Source of the DNA: Octopus bimaculoides
Taxonomy: Eukaryota
Length of the DNA stretch: 46,304 nucleotides
Direction of reading: 5' to 3'
Assembly: GCF_001194135.2 (NCBI RefSeq)
Contig: NC_068991.1
Coordinates: forward strand, 14,804,187 to 14,850,490
Below the pieces are notes generated by a model that was not told where the DNA came from, did no database searches, and saw only the letters and a program-made list of their open reading frames with translations. The translations under genes and the position numbers were made by a program. Positions 1-11,478 of the stretch are shown here, one piece after another. The stretch's first letter is position 1, and each line of letters begins with the position of its first letter.

Positions 1-38
1 CGCTTTACATAGTTTTAATATATATTTTATATTGTGTT

Positions 39-71
39 TGTCGACCGGTTTCGCTTTCGCCAATTATGACA
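39..71 (-). ncRNA. Decayed minimal type I hammerhead ribozyme relic (PLE-terminus type)
   Basis: Minus strand reads TGTC-ATAATTG-GC GAAA GC-GAAA-CCGG-TC-GACA: stem I TGTC/GACA, a 7-nt core slot (only 3/7 match to CUGANGA), stem II with GAAA loop, GAAA, palindromic stem III ACCGGT, GUC triplet. Confidence 0.45.
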
Positions 72-224
72 TTAAAATTATTCGATTTACGTATTTTCTT
101 AAGAAAAATTTTTTTTTTCCCTGTTGTGTGTGGAGGAATTTACGAATGAAGGATTCGACAAGTAGAAAGATCTAACGGGAAATAATTGGGGATCGTTATT
201 ATTATGGACAGGGAAGATACTTGT

Positions 225-1007
225 TCATCTTTCGCTGGGTGGAATATACACAAAAGCTCCTTTTCTGGTGTGTATTACCCACCCTTCGCCTTTGGCTCCT
301 TCCATTTCCTCTTCTATTTTATTTTCAGGTGTTTTTTTACTTGTGTTTTCATCTTTTTTCTTTTCTTTTTCCATTTGCTTTTCGACAGGAGGGGATTCAC
401 TGCTTTTTCGGGAGAGGTTGACACTCGGCCATAATGCGGCCTTTTTGGCCACACTTGTAGCAACGAGGCTTCCTCCCATCTACCATGACTCTCAGCTTAG
501 TCTCCCCCACCTGTATAGAATCTATGATATTTTCTAAACCAACAGGGGCTGCTTGTATAATCATCCTGCCAATTCTGCAATTCCAGCGCTTGGGCTTCGA
601 AGAGTGTTATTTTATCCTCCAAGATGTATATTATGGCTGCCACCAGCCAAGCGCGGTCTACTTCTGGTGGGATATCTCCTACCTTAATCTTAGAAGTCCG
701 CCTTCCAAGATAAGTAGGTAGGAGTACCACCTCCGTCGTTTTTAACGGTGTCGTCGACGCTTATTTCGCCTTTTCTTCCGTTTTAAACCGGACTTCTGTT
801 GTAGCATACTTCACTCCTATTGTGATGTATGCTACGTCGTTCCAAACTGGATAGAGGCACAGGTCCACTGCCTCCTTGCTCCCATTGTCCAGTTTTTTTG
901 TTTGTTTTTACAACAAACGACTTGTAAATGACTGTGCACCGTAGAGCATTATGAGTGGTTTCACTCGGAGGGGTAATCACGGTTTCGCTTCCCTCCCTCT
1001 TCATCAT
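225..1007 (-). pseudogene. Degenerate LINE ORF1 (gag-like, L1/Tx1-like) with CCHC zinc knuckle
   Basis: Stitching minus-strand frames gives ...KKLDNGSKEAVDLCLYPVWNDVAYITIGVKYATTEVRFKTEEKAK*ASTTPLKTTEVVLLPTYLGRRTSKIKVGDIPPEVDRAWLVAAII... then, after a frameshift, ...LENIIDSIQVGETKLRVMVDGRKPRCYKCGQKGRIMAEC (421-462; Cx2Cx4Hx4C with H>R via CAC>CGC), then a K/E-rich tail. Contains stops and frameshifts. Confidence 0.8.
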
Positions 1008-1933
1008 TCCTCTATACTTTCCTAACTCATTACATCCGCAATTGATTAACTTTTTTTTGAAATAGTGGCTGCTACAGCAAAATTCCTTCTTTTCTTCCCC
1101 TGCATAAAATCTTCTCCAGACATATGTTTATCAATGCTGTGCTGTTTTCTGTGCTTTTGGCACTCTTCCAAGAACTTGTGCCAGGTTCATTAATAGTTTT
1201 TGACAAATTAATTGGCGATTTATTCATGATTTGTGTTTGTGTGTGCTTTTTTTTTTTCGCAAAATATAACAATATTTTCTCTCTTCACACAAAGGGGAAA
1301 AACGTTAACAAAAGACTGCCCCAAGCAGAAAAATAGGGTGTTTTACAAATAATACTGAACAAAAGTTCAACAGCGTAACAATCCAACAGTGTAAATTCAA
1401 CAAAATATCCACAAATATTACTAACTTACGCCAAACTTTTCGAACAACGCCACAAACAACATTCACGAACAAGTCGGTCCAAATGATTGGGACAAGAGTG
1501 AAAACAATATCAATTTTAATTTATTGATGCATTTAGGCAAGTCTATATCTATATTATCAGACAATTGCAAAGAAATGTTTAAAAGAAATTCAAAACTCTG
1601 CAAAACTCCGGCACAAATTTTTCATGGTTCAAAACGTTGCTTACTTTTTACTCAACCTGATATATATATATANNNNNNNNNNNNNNNNNNNNNNNNNNNN
1701 NNNNNNNNNNNNNNNNNNNNNNNNNNNNNNNNNNNNNNNNNNNNNNNNNNNNNNNNNNNNNNNNNNNNNNNNNNNNNNNNNNNNNNNNNNNNNNNNNNNN
1801 NNNNNNNNNNNNNNNNNNNNNNNNNNNNNNNNNNNNNNNNNNNNNNNNNNNNNNTACATACATACATACATATATATATATTTATGTGTGTCTATGTACC
1901 TATGTGTGTATGTATGTATATATATATAAATGA

Positions 1934-1990
1934 CGGTGCCCCAGCATGGCCACAGCTCGTGAGCTGAAACTAGATAAAATGAATAAAATG
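1934..1990 (+). mobile_element. 3' end of SINE family B
   Basis: cggtgccccagcatggccacagctc...tgaaactagataaaatgaataaaatgaa matches the 3' ends of family B copies at 14.1 kb, 20.8 kb (-) and 45.3 kb. Confidence 0.55.
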
Positions 1991-2029
1991 AAAAAATATA
2001 TATAAATGGAACAAAAACGCAATAGAGGA

Positions 2030-2200
2030 CAATAAAACATCCGAACAGATAGACGATACAAAGACGGACAGGAAAAAACAACAATTAGAGGGACAGGAAA
2101 AAACGGACGAGTCATTCGTGGCCTTCTTTCGTCAGTCAAGTTACCAGATGTCCTTACAGTTTCGGGCAGTTACACTTAAGACTGTTCAATCTGGTTGCTT
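2030..2200 (-). repeat. Dispersed repeat related to 35890-36048 (possible PLE terminal repeat)
   Basis: aaaacatccgaacagatagacgatacaaag...ggacgagtcattcg...ctttcgtcagtcaagttaccagatg...tttcgggcagt...caatctgg is a diverged reverse complement of 35890-36040. Confidence 0.6.
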
Positions 2201-3585
2201 CCCCCCCCCCACACACACACACACAAAAGTCTTACCTAAGACCATTAGATTTGACTTTTTGTAAGAAGGCAAGCGAATGTGTACGATATATATCTATATA
2301 CATAAATATATATATATATATATATATATAGATACATATGTATATTTACTTGCATATGTATACAAATATAAACGTACATACATGCCCCCACACATACATA
2401 CATACATACATACCCCAACACATACTCACGCACATATGCGTGCATATTTTAGAGGCCACATTATCTATTTTGATTCTTGTAACTTTTGAAAATACATTTT
2501 TAATGAAATTTTGCAGAGATAGGCCTTCGATGGAGTGAAGTGAGATTATGTTGATAAAATTTGATTTGTTGATAAAATTTGATATGCTGATAAATTAATA
2601 ACATATATTTATTGCAAATACAACAAATGGGAAATTTGTTTAATTTAATTTTAAGGTAATGAATATATTTATTTTTGAAACTGGTATTCATTTTGTCATT
2701 TTGTATAAGCAGCAAGAAATTAGTTATGAATTAAATTAAAATCATTATATATATATGCCATATTTCTTCCTTTTACCCAATAAAACTCTAACATTACTCA
2801 TCATATGACGGGTAATTTTCTAATATATAATCCCCAACGAGTTAACACGGTATCTCCCAATGACAATGCAGACTTCATATAATCAACGTATCCTTGGCCT
2901 GAAGAGCAGCTTGCGGTCTACCCTTCGTTTGGATAATTTACTACTTCTGAGGTTCCGCTAGCTATGAAACATATATTGTTTGCATTTTACCTACGCCATT
3001 CCCTCATTTTTTTAATGTTTATTCGCATATACAACAACCCCAGTTGCTAAACATAAACTATATATATATATATATNNNNNNNNNNNNNNNNNNNNNNNNN
3101 NNNNNNNNNNNNNNNNNNNNNNNNNNNNNNNNNNNNNNNNNNNNNNNNNNNNNNNNNNNNNNNNNNNNNNNNNNNNNNNNNNNNNNNNNNNNNNNNNNNN
3201 NNNNNNNNNNNNNNNNNNNNNNNNNNNNNNNNNNNNNNNNNNNNNNNNNNNNNNNNNNNNNNNNNNNNNNNNNNNNNNNNNNNNNNNNNNNNNNNNNNNN
3301 NNNNNNNNNNNNNNNNNNNNNNNNNNNNNNNNNNNNNNNNNNNNNNNNNNNNNNNNNNNNNNNNNNNNNNNNNNNNNNNNNNNNNNNNNNNNNNNNNNNN
3401 NNNNNNNNNNNNNNNNNNNNNNNNNNNNNNNNNNNNNNNNNNNNNNNNNNNNNNNNNNNNNNNNNNNNNNNNNNNNNNNNNNNNNNNNNNNNNNNNNNNN
3501 NNNNNNNNNNNNNNNNNNNNNNNNNNNNNNNNNNNNNNNNNNNNNNNNNNNNNNNNNNNNNNNNNNNATATATATATATATATAT

Positions 3586-3750
3586 ACGACAGGCTTCTTT
3601 CAGTTTCCGTCTACCGAATCTACTCACAAGGCTTTGGTCAGTCCGAGGCTATAGTAGAAGACACTTGCCCAAGATGCTACGCAGTGGGACTGAACCCGGA
3701 ACCATGTCGTTGGTACGCAAGTTACTTACCACACAGCCACTCCTACTCCT
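3586..3750 (-). mobile_element. tRNA-derived SINE family A
   Basis: Minus strand has Pol III A-box-like GTGGCTGTGTGG and B-box-like GGTTCAGTCCC, body ttgggcaagtgtcttctactatagcc, tail gaaagaagcctgtcgt into (TA)n; same family at 23681 and 30581. Confidence 0.9.
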
Positions 3751-3899
3751 ATATATAATTATATCATCATATATGTGTTTGAATGTATCTTTTGTGTGCT
3801 GTGTATGTTATGTTATGTAGGAATGTATTCATGTATGCATGTATGTATGTATGCATGTATGTTTGTATTTACGTATGTATGTATGTATGTATGTATGTG

Positions 3900-4180
3900 C
3901 ATGACCTCGTTGTTAAGGCGCAGGACTCTCTTAGAGGTGGGCTCGACTCGTGCACTGGACTTCACATTTATTCCCTGAGCAAGCCATTTCACATCACGGT
4001 CTCCTGAAACAGGTGCCAAACGTGTAATGGTGTAGCCCTCTCACTTCCCACTCCCCATCGCCCTAGTGTTGGAGTTTGAAGCATCAAGCCCCATTATTCG
4101 AAAAAGGTAATGAATGAAAGATAAAGTTAACCTCGGTAGGATTCGAATTCATAATGTGGATTAGTCGGAACTTACGCGGC
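3900..4180 (+). mobile_element. Highly degenerate SINE-like fragments
   Basis: tRNA-like start (tcgttgttaaggcgcaggactc), ccctgagcaagccatttcacatc, and a family-C-like aaagataaagttaacctcggtaggattcgaattca at 4120-4155. Confidence 0.35.
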
Positions 4181-4289
4181 CTTGCATTCTATCCGACGAC
4201 CTATCTATATTGCGAATAGGAAATAAAAGTACATGTAACTTCGCCGCAGAAAAAAAAGTCTAAAGACGTACATGAGACATCTCAATACG

Positions 4290-4632
4290 TCAGATGCATA
4301 GAGATATATATACACATGTATATACATACGCATGTATATACATGCATGCCTGTAATAAATAATTGATATGTACATAATTTGACATGAAGCTGTATGTGAA
4401 GGTATGTATATACATGCACATATATACATACACACATATGTATATATTTATGTATGTACGTAATGTACGTACGTAACGTATGTATGTATATGTGACTATA
4501 TCCATATAGACATATATATATATATATATATAGGTATATACTTACATATATATGTGTATATACATGTATATACTTGTATGTCTTTATGATATATGTATAT
4601 ATAATCTAAAGACATATATACGCGTGCACTTA

Positions 4633-4702
<70 letters not shown>

Positions 4703-4900
4703 CATGTATGCATGTATATGTATATAAATATATATGTATGTATGTATGTATACACACACATATATGCATGTATATATACATATATGTGTGTGTGTACATA
4801 CACGAATAACGAATATACTCATAAATTATAAGTGTCTGTGCATATGCATATATATATGTATATGTGTATACTCGTGTGTTTATATACGTGTGTGTGTGAG
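4290..4900. repeat. Compound (TA)n/(TATG)n/(CA)n microsatellite field
   Basis: Directly visible, e.g. pure (TA)n at ~4636-4697. Confidence 0.9.
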
Positions 4901-5384
4901 TATACATCCTTATATTCAAATATATATTATAACAAGTGTAGGCGCCTCTGCGGGTGAGTGTTTGTGCGTGTGTATACGCTTATATCACCGTAAAACGAAG
5001 GTTCCATGCAGCCAACTTAAAATACTCTATATTCATAACGTTACTTTATCATGCTAATTTGCTCTACGTTCAATACAAGCAGATATTTCACTCCAATCTG
5101 TGTAGACGAAATAATTGTGTTTTTAATCTCTTTTGAAATCCCTATGCTACGCATGGCGTTATGCTAATGGCGGCCACTGCATCTGATTCGCCACACTGGA
5201 CTTGCATATAATGGGACTCTTTCGTCTGTCATGTGTGTGTACGTGTATGTATGTATATATATATATATACATATATATAAATACGTATGTATGTATATAC
5301 ATGTGTGTGTGTGGACATACATCTACAGATGTATATATGTGTGTACGTACATAGATGATTAAACTAACAAATAGATAGAAATAA

Positions 5385-5588
5385 AGACGGACGGACAGAC
5401 AGACAGATAGATAAACAGACAGACAGGCAGACAGATAAATAAACAGACAGACAGATAGATAAACAGACAGACAGACAGACAGACAGATAGATAAACAGAC
5501 AGACAGACAGACATACAGACAGACAGACAGACAGACAGATAGATAGATAGATAGATNNNNNNNNNNACAGACAGACAGACAGACAGAC

Positions 5589-5652
<64 letters not shown>
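5385..5652. repeat. (GACA)n/(GATA)n tetranucleotide array
   Basis: Directly visible; similar arrays at 21528-21662 and 39850-39932. Confidence 0.95.
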
Positions 5653-5859
5653 GCAAGCGGGCTATTGCACGGTTTAGGTCCTACAAGTTCGATTCACAAC
5701 ATTTTGTTGATCCCAGTGTACCGTACATTAAATTTCCTTACCCCCAATTCTGTGACAAAAAAAAAATACACTGAAAATGAAAACATGGCATAATGAAGCT
5801 TGAAGTTCAAGAATGGGGTAATGGCTATAACGTTTCCGATATTGCTGTCATTGGGCTTC

Positions 5860-6640
5860 CTATATTCATTTCTTGAAAACATCTACCCTTATTGCACGTA
5901 GATTCCTCAGATGCTTCGGCAAGGTATTAAATAGCTGCGGGCCCTTGAATCTTAAGCAATTTCAGTACATGGTCCTCGCTCTAGACTGAATAACTGGGAG
6001 CTTTGGAGCAGTGCAGTGACGTCCAGTTCAGGGCCTTGTATAACTGTTGGTGCCAAAGTTTGGTACTAACTCCTCCAAGATCTTCCACATATATATCACT
6101 GCTTATCTTTCCGTTCTTGACTCCAGTAAGTATAGTTGTAGCTCTTTCAGTCACCCCCAGTAGCTCAGCTGTTCCATTGCTGCAATTTTCTTGGTGTGAC
6201 ACCGCTGAACTGCCTCAAGTTCCGCTATTAATTTGACACAGTGGGTTGACCACAGATAAGAGCAGTAGTTCAGACGGCTGGGTACAAATGTCCTCTCTGA
6301 AACCTGTATAGTTTCTTGGTGTCTTGTTTTGAATGTTCTCAGAATCCAACCGGCCATTCGCCAGCACATTGCCACGACCTTGGTGATAGGCTCATGAAAC
6401 TAGGCTTTGCTAATTATATCAATTCACAAATCACACACTGTACTTGATTCTGGGAGTGGCCGCATGTGAGTACGAACTAGCTGACAGTAGAGGTCTTGGA
6501 ATTACCCAACATTAAACTGCATGCTGTTTTCTTCAGCCTATTTTTTATGCCATCTAGGTCTTCCTGTAGAAGATTAGCATCGGAAGGTTCCTTGACCGCT
6601 TGTAATACTTTTGTGTATATTGTATATATTGGATACTCGT
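5860..6640 (-). pseudogene. CR1/L2-group LINE ORF2 fragment (RT C-terminal half and downstream region)
   Basis: Minus frames: TKVLQAVKEPSDANLLQEDLDG / AEENSMQFNVG*FQ / PESSTVCDL*ID...ITKVVAMCWRMAGWILRTFKTR...VPSRLNYCSYLWS...IAELEAVQRCHTKKIAAMEQLSYW / ER*AVIYMWKILEELVPNFG...TGRHC...GPQLFNTLPKHLRNL. These are characteristic CR1-type post-YADD motifs, with many stops and frameshifts. Confidence 0.9.
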
Positions 6641-7076
6641 GTATACTACTTCTTTCGAATTTACTATCCAGGCAGCAATCCTGGTGTTTAAGAGCAATTA
6701 CTGGCTATCCTATATTTGTTTTCTATTGCTTCTGCTTTACAAAAGTTTCTTATACGCGTTCCTTTTCAAGTGGCAAAGTATACTTAGAAATGTTTTAACG
6801 TTTCGTAATACATAGTGAAACCAAAAATGGTCAGCACTAACTTAAATGCCAAAGTCTTGATGTCTTAACGCCGAAAGCAAATACAGGTAAATTAGATATG
6901 AATACAGTCTGAAAGGAATCTATAGTTCAAGTAGAAATAGAATGAGATTTTACTAGTTCAGATTATAATTCTAAGTTTACAGGAAAACAATACTATTATC
7001 AATAACAGACAGTTCAGTAAAAACAAGTCTTCACGATTATGGTTTGGTAAAAGCTTTCGAATTAATGGCTTAGTAA

Positions 7077-7107
<31 letters not shown>

Positions 7108-7423
7108 NNNNNNNNNNNNNNNNNNNNNNNNNNNNNNNNNNNNNNNNNNNNNNNNNNNNNNNNNNNNNNNNNNNNNNNNNNNNNNNNNNNNNNNNNNNNN
7201 NNNNNNNNNNNNNNNNNNNNNNNNNNNNNNNNNNNNNNNNNNNNNNNNNNNNNNNNNNNNNNNNNNNNNNNNNNNNNNNNNNNNNNNNNNNNNNNNNNNN
7301 NNNNNNNNNNNNNNNNNNNNNNNNNNNNNNNNNNNNNNNNNNNNNNNNNNNNNNNNNNNNNNNNNNNNNNNNNNNNNNNNNNNNNNNNNNNNNNNNNNNN
7401 NNNNNNNNNNNNNNNNATATATA

Positions 7424-8636
7424 TTGTGTTGGCAAGAAAGTAATTTCGGATTTTTAGTGTGAAATAAAAGTCATTTTTTTTTCATACAAAGAATGAACTT
7501 TAATCAATTATATATTTTCCATTTTGTTCGATGACCTTTTGCCATCTTTCTGGCAACTTTATGAATTCCGCGTTCATAGAACTTCTGGTCTTTATCAGCC
7601 AAAAACTGAAGTAAGTGCGATTTCAGGTCATCATTATTGAACCTTTTACCATCCAAGGAATTTTGTAAACTTCGAAATAAATGGTAACCTGATGGTGGAT
7701 GTGACATCACTTGCCAACCAAGCTCCAATAATTTTTCATGGGTTAGCAAAGACGTGTATGGTCTAGCATTGTTATGGTGAAACACGATTCCTTTACGATT
7801 TGCCAATTCTGGTCGTTTTTTTTTTTATTATTATTGCTTCCACCAGTTTCATTAGTTGTTGACCGTAAACATCTGAATTGATCGTTTGGTTCCTTGAAAG
7901 CATCTCAAAATACACATCACCTTTGTAATCCCACCAAATTGACAGCATGACCTTTTCTTGATGCAATTCAGCCTTCGATGTGGTTTGTGCTGGTTCATTA
8001 CGCTTAGACCATGATCGTTTTCGATTGATGTTTTTGTAGACAATCCATTTTTCATCATCAGTAATGATTTCTTTCAAAAAATGGTTGATTTCATTGCATT
8101 TGAGATCAATATCGCAAATATTGATTCGTTGTGCTAAGCAAATCTCTTTCAGTTTATGTGGAACCAAAATATAGAGCTTCTTAACGAGTCCAAGACATTT
8201 TAAGTGATCTTCAATTGTTGTGTGTAATACATTTAACCTCTCAGTAATCTCTCGCACAATTATATGACAATCAGATTCAATCATGGCTTTGATTTGGTTG
8301 TCATCAACTTCAGTAGGTCGACCAAAATGTTGGTCATCTTTGAGTGAAAAATCTCTGGAAAGGAATTTTTATAGCCATGTCTGACATGTGCGTTCTGTTA
8401 AACAACCAACACCATAAACTTTATATATTTCTTTGTAAACCTCAGCAAAATATGGCGAAAATGTTCGTTTTTGCACTCCATGTTAAAACTGAAACTGAAA
8501 CTGAACTAATGGCTATAAACAAAATTACGCGCAATTTGCTTCTAAAGTAAGCTAAAAGTAACGGCTCTCAAATGTCAAGAGGAAAAGAATCATAACATTG
8601 ACAAAAATCAATAATGAAAATCGTAATACAAAAAAC
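7424..8636 (-). mobile_element. Near full-length mariner transposon (mellifera-like), inactive
   Basis: TIR ttgtgttggcaagaaagtaatttcggattttt after TA at 7422-7423; the other end runs into a gap. Contains the transposase pseudogene below. Confidence 0.93.
7500..8481 (-). pseudogene. Mariner DD34D transposase pseudogene
   Basis: MECKNEHFRHILL...LVPHKL...ITDDEKWIVY...KVMLSIWWDYKG...VFHHNNARPYTS...HPP(YSPDLAP missing)SGYHLFRSLQNSL. Second catalytic D>N, third D>G, plus frameshifts. Confidence 0.95.
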
Positions 8637-9050
8637 NNNNNNNNNNNNNNNNNNNNNNNNNNNNNNNNNNNNNNNNNNNNNNNNNNNNNNNNNNNNNNNN
8701 NNNNNNNNNNNNNNNNNNNNNNNNNNNNNNNNNNNNNNNNNNNNNNNNNNNNNNNNNNNNNNNNNNNNNNNNNNNNNNNNNNNNNNNNNNNNNNNNNNNN
8801 NNNNNNNNNNNNNNNNNNNNNNNNNNNNNNNNNNNNNNNNNNNNNNNNNNNNNNNNNNNNNNNNNNNNNNNNNNNNNNNNNNNNNNNNNNNNNNNNNNNN
8901 NNNNNNNNNNNNNNNNNNNNNNNNNNNNNNNNNNNNNNNNNNNNNNNNNNNNNNNNNNNNNNNNNNNNNNNNNNNNNNNNNNNNNNNNNNNNNNNNNNNN
9001 NNNNNNNNNNNNNNNNNNNNNNNNNNNNNNNNNNNNNNNNNNNNNNNNNN

Positions 9051-9084
<34 letters not shown>

Positions 9085-9085
<1 letters not shown>

Positions 9086-9200
9086 CTTTGTGTGTTTGTG
9101 TTTGTCCCCCCAACATCGCTTGACAACCGATGCTGGTGTGCTTACGTCCCCGTAATCTAGCGGTTCGGCAAAAGTGACCGATAGAATAAGTACTAGGCAT
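9085..9200 (+). mobile_element. SINE family B, internal fragment
   Basis: gtgtttgtccccccaacatcgcttgacaaccgatgctggtgtg...cggttcggcaaaagtgaccgatagaataagtactaggc; paralogous to 13955-14170. Confidence 0.85.
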
Positions 9201-9544
9201 CAGAGCTAGAGAAGGAAAGAATTTCATGCTGCTACTAATGTGGCAGAATAAGCTGAAAGAGAAACAGCTACAATTTTGGAATGGCAGAAGTGGAAACACC
9301 GTGTGGCCTTTGATCAAATTAAGTAACTTATTCAACTGAATCTTAATTATTTAACTCTTCAACCATACTTACATATATATATGTTTACATATGTTTGCAT
9401 ATGTACTTATATATACACATATATACACATTTTTAACCAACTTTCTTCGTGTGATCGGCTTGAAAAATTAAGTTACTTGGATATTTTCCTGTTCTTTTTA
9501 ACATGAAACAAATGGTAGCCATGATTCACAAATAATCATGTATA

Positions 9545-9613
<69 letters not shown>

Positions 9614-9914
9614 ACATTTATATGTTTACATGTATACGTATGTGCATGTATATACACATATGTATGTATATATATACACTTGTCTCCGTGTGTGTGCGTG
9701 TGTGTGTGTATGTGTGTCTGTGTCTATGTACTTTTCTCCCGATATCTTATTAGCATGTTCACTGTTGTAGATACTCATTTTTTTTACTTTCTGTGTTTTC
9801 GGTTCATGCTACAATTTTTTGTATCCTTCTGCCCCTTACCTCCCGCCATTTTATTTCTATATCAGTTTGTAAGGAATCGCTGTTTCTCAATTTTCTACCT
9901 TCACCTCCACCTAC

Positions 9915-10203
9915 TCCCTCTTCTTCTTCTTCTTCTTCTTCTTCTTCTTCTTCTCCTTCTTCTTCTTCTTCTTCTTCTTCTTCTTCTTCTCAAAATACAT
10001 CGTTGTTATTATTATTTTTACTCTATTTTACGCAATCTCGTTTTCCAAATTCTCATTTTCCATTTTGTTTTTCATTTTTGTTCCGCTACGACTTCATTAT
10101 CTTCCATTTTTTTTCTCTTACTTTCCCTTCTTTTTCTCTCCTCAGGCAATTACTAATTTTATTATTATTATCATCACCATCATCATCATCATCATCATCA
10201 TCA

Positions 10204-10234
<31 letters not shown>

Positions 10235-10245
10235 CATTATTATGT
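9915..10245. repeat. (TTC)n, (CAT)n and (ATT)n trinucleotide arrays
   Basis: Directly visible. Confidence 0.95.
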
Positions 10246-10986
10246 TCCGTCAAATTTTTATATTTGTTTGCTCCAATTTTTCATTATCCAAACTATTTTT
10301 AATTTTTATCTTTACTTCTATATCATTTGATTATTTATTTATTTATTTATTCATTTTGTTCTTCATTTTACGTATAGTTATTGTCTTCCATGTTATTCGT
10401 GCAATTTCCTACACACNNNNNNNNNNNNNNNNNNNNNNNNNNNNNNNNNNNNNNNNNNNNNNNNNNNNNNNNNNNNNNNNNNNNNNNNNNNNNNNNNNNN
10501 NNNNNNNNNNNNNNNNNNNNNNNNNNNNNNNNNNNNNNNNNNNNNNNNNNNNNNNNNNNNNNNNNNNNNNNNNNNNNNNNNNNNNNNNNNNNNNNNNNNN
10601 NNNNNNNNNNNNNNNNNNNNNNNNNNNNNNNNNNNNNNNNNNNNNNNNNNNNNNNNNNNNNNNNNNNNNNNNNNNNNNNNNNNNNNNNNNNNNNNNNNNN
10701 NNNNNNNNNNNNNNNNNNNNNNNNNNNNNNNNNNNNNNNNNNNNNNNNNNNNNNNNNNNNNNNNNNNNNNNNNNNNNNNNNNNNNNNNNNNNNNNNNNNN
10801 NNNNNNNNNNNNNNNNNNNNNNNNNNNNNNNNNNNNNNNNNNNNNNNNNNNNNNNNNNNNNNNNNNNNNNNNNNNNNNNNNNNNNNNNNNNNNNNNNNNN
10901 NNNNNNNNNNNNNNNNNNNNNNNNNNNNNNNNNNNNNNNNNNNNNNNNNNNNNNNNNNNNNNNNNNNNNNNNNNNNNNNNNNNNNN

Positions 10987-11220
10987 CTTCTCCTCCTTGT
11001 TCTCCTCCCCTCCTTCATCACCATCATCATCATCATCATCATCAACTTCTTTCTTGCTTTCTTTTCATTTTCTCTTCCTTCTCTCTTCTTTTCTTCTTCT
11101 TCTCCTCCTCGTTCTCCTCCCCTCCTTCATCATCATCATCATCATCATCATCACCACCGTCATCAACTTCTTTCTTGCTTTCTTTTCATTTTCTCTTCCT
11201 TCTCTCTTCTTCTTTTTCTT
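10987..11220 (+). repeat. Tandem duplication of a ~112-121 bp pyrimidine-rich unit with embedded (CAT)n
   Basis: Units start at 10987 and 11099, both cttctcctcct(t/c)gttctcctcccctccttcatca...catcaacttctttcttgctttcttttcattttctcttccttctctcttct; directly follows a 570-nt gap. Confidence 0.9.
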
Positions 11221-11478
11221 CCTCTCTTTCTTTATTTCACATTTTTCTTTCATTATCATATTCTTCTCTTCCGACTTGTTGCTGTTAATATCACTGATGC
11301 TGTTGTTGTTCCTCCCTTCTTCATATTCTCATTCCTATTTTTCATCTTATTTTTCATTCTCAACTTCTTCTTCATCCTTTTCCTCCTCCTCCTCGTCTCC
11401 TCCTTTTTCCTTCTTCTAAGGACAGGCGATACTGCTATTTTAACCCCCAAGGGGACTCTTTTCCCAGTTGGTTATTTA

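Noticed and set aside
2880-2985. CTGAAGA (2900) and CTGAGGT...GAAACATATATTGTT (2947-2980) as hammerheads
   Set aside because: No consistent stems I and II, and A9 is mutated; at best an unrecognisable relic.
5040-5230. ATGCTAAT/TTGCATAT octamer-like motifs as an snRNA or POU enhancer
   Set aside because: Such words are expected by chance in AT-rich DNA; no downstream RNA gene seen.
6790-7070. GAAACGTT and GAAAGCTT palindromic stem III-like words on the minus strand
   Set aside because: No CUGANGA core or stem I at the required distance.
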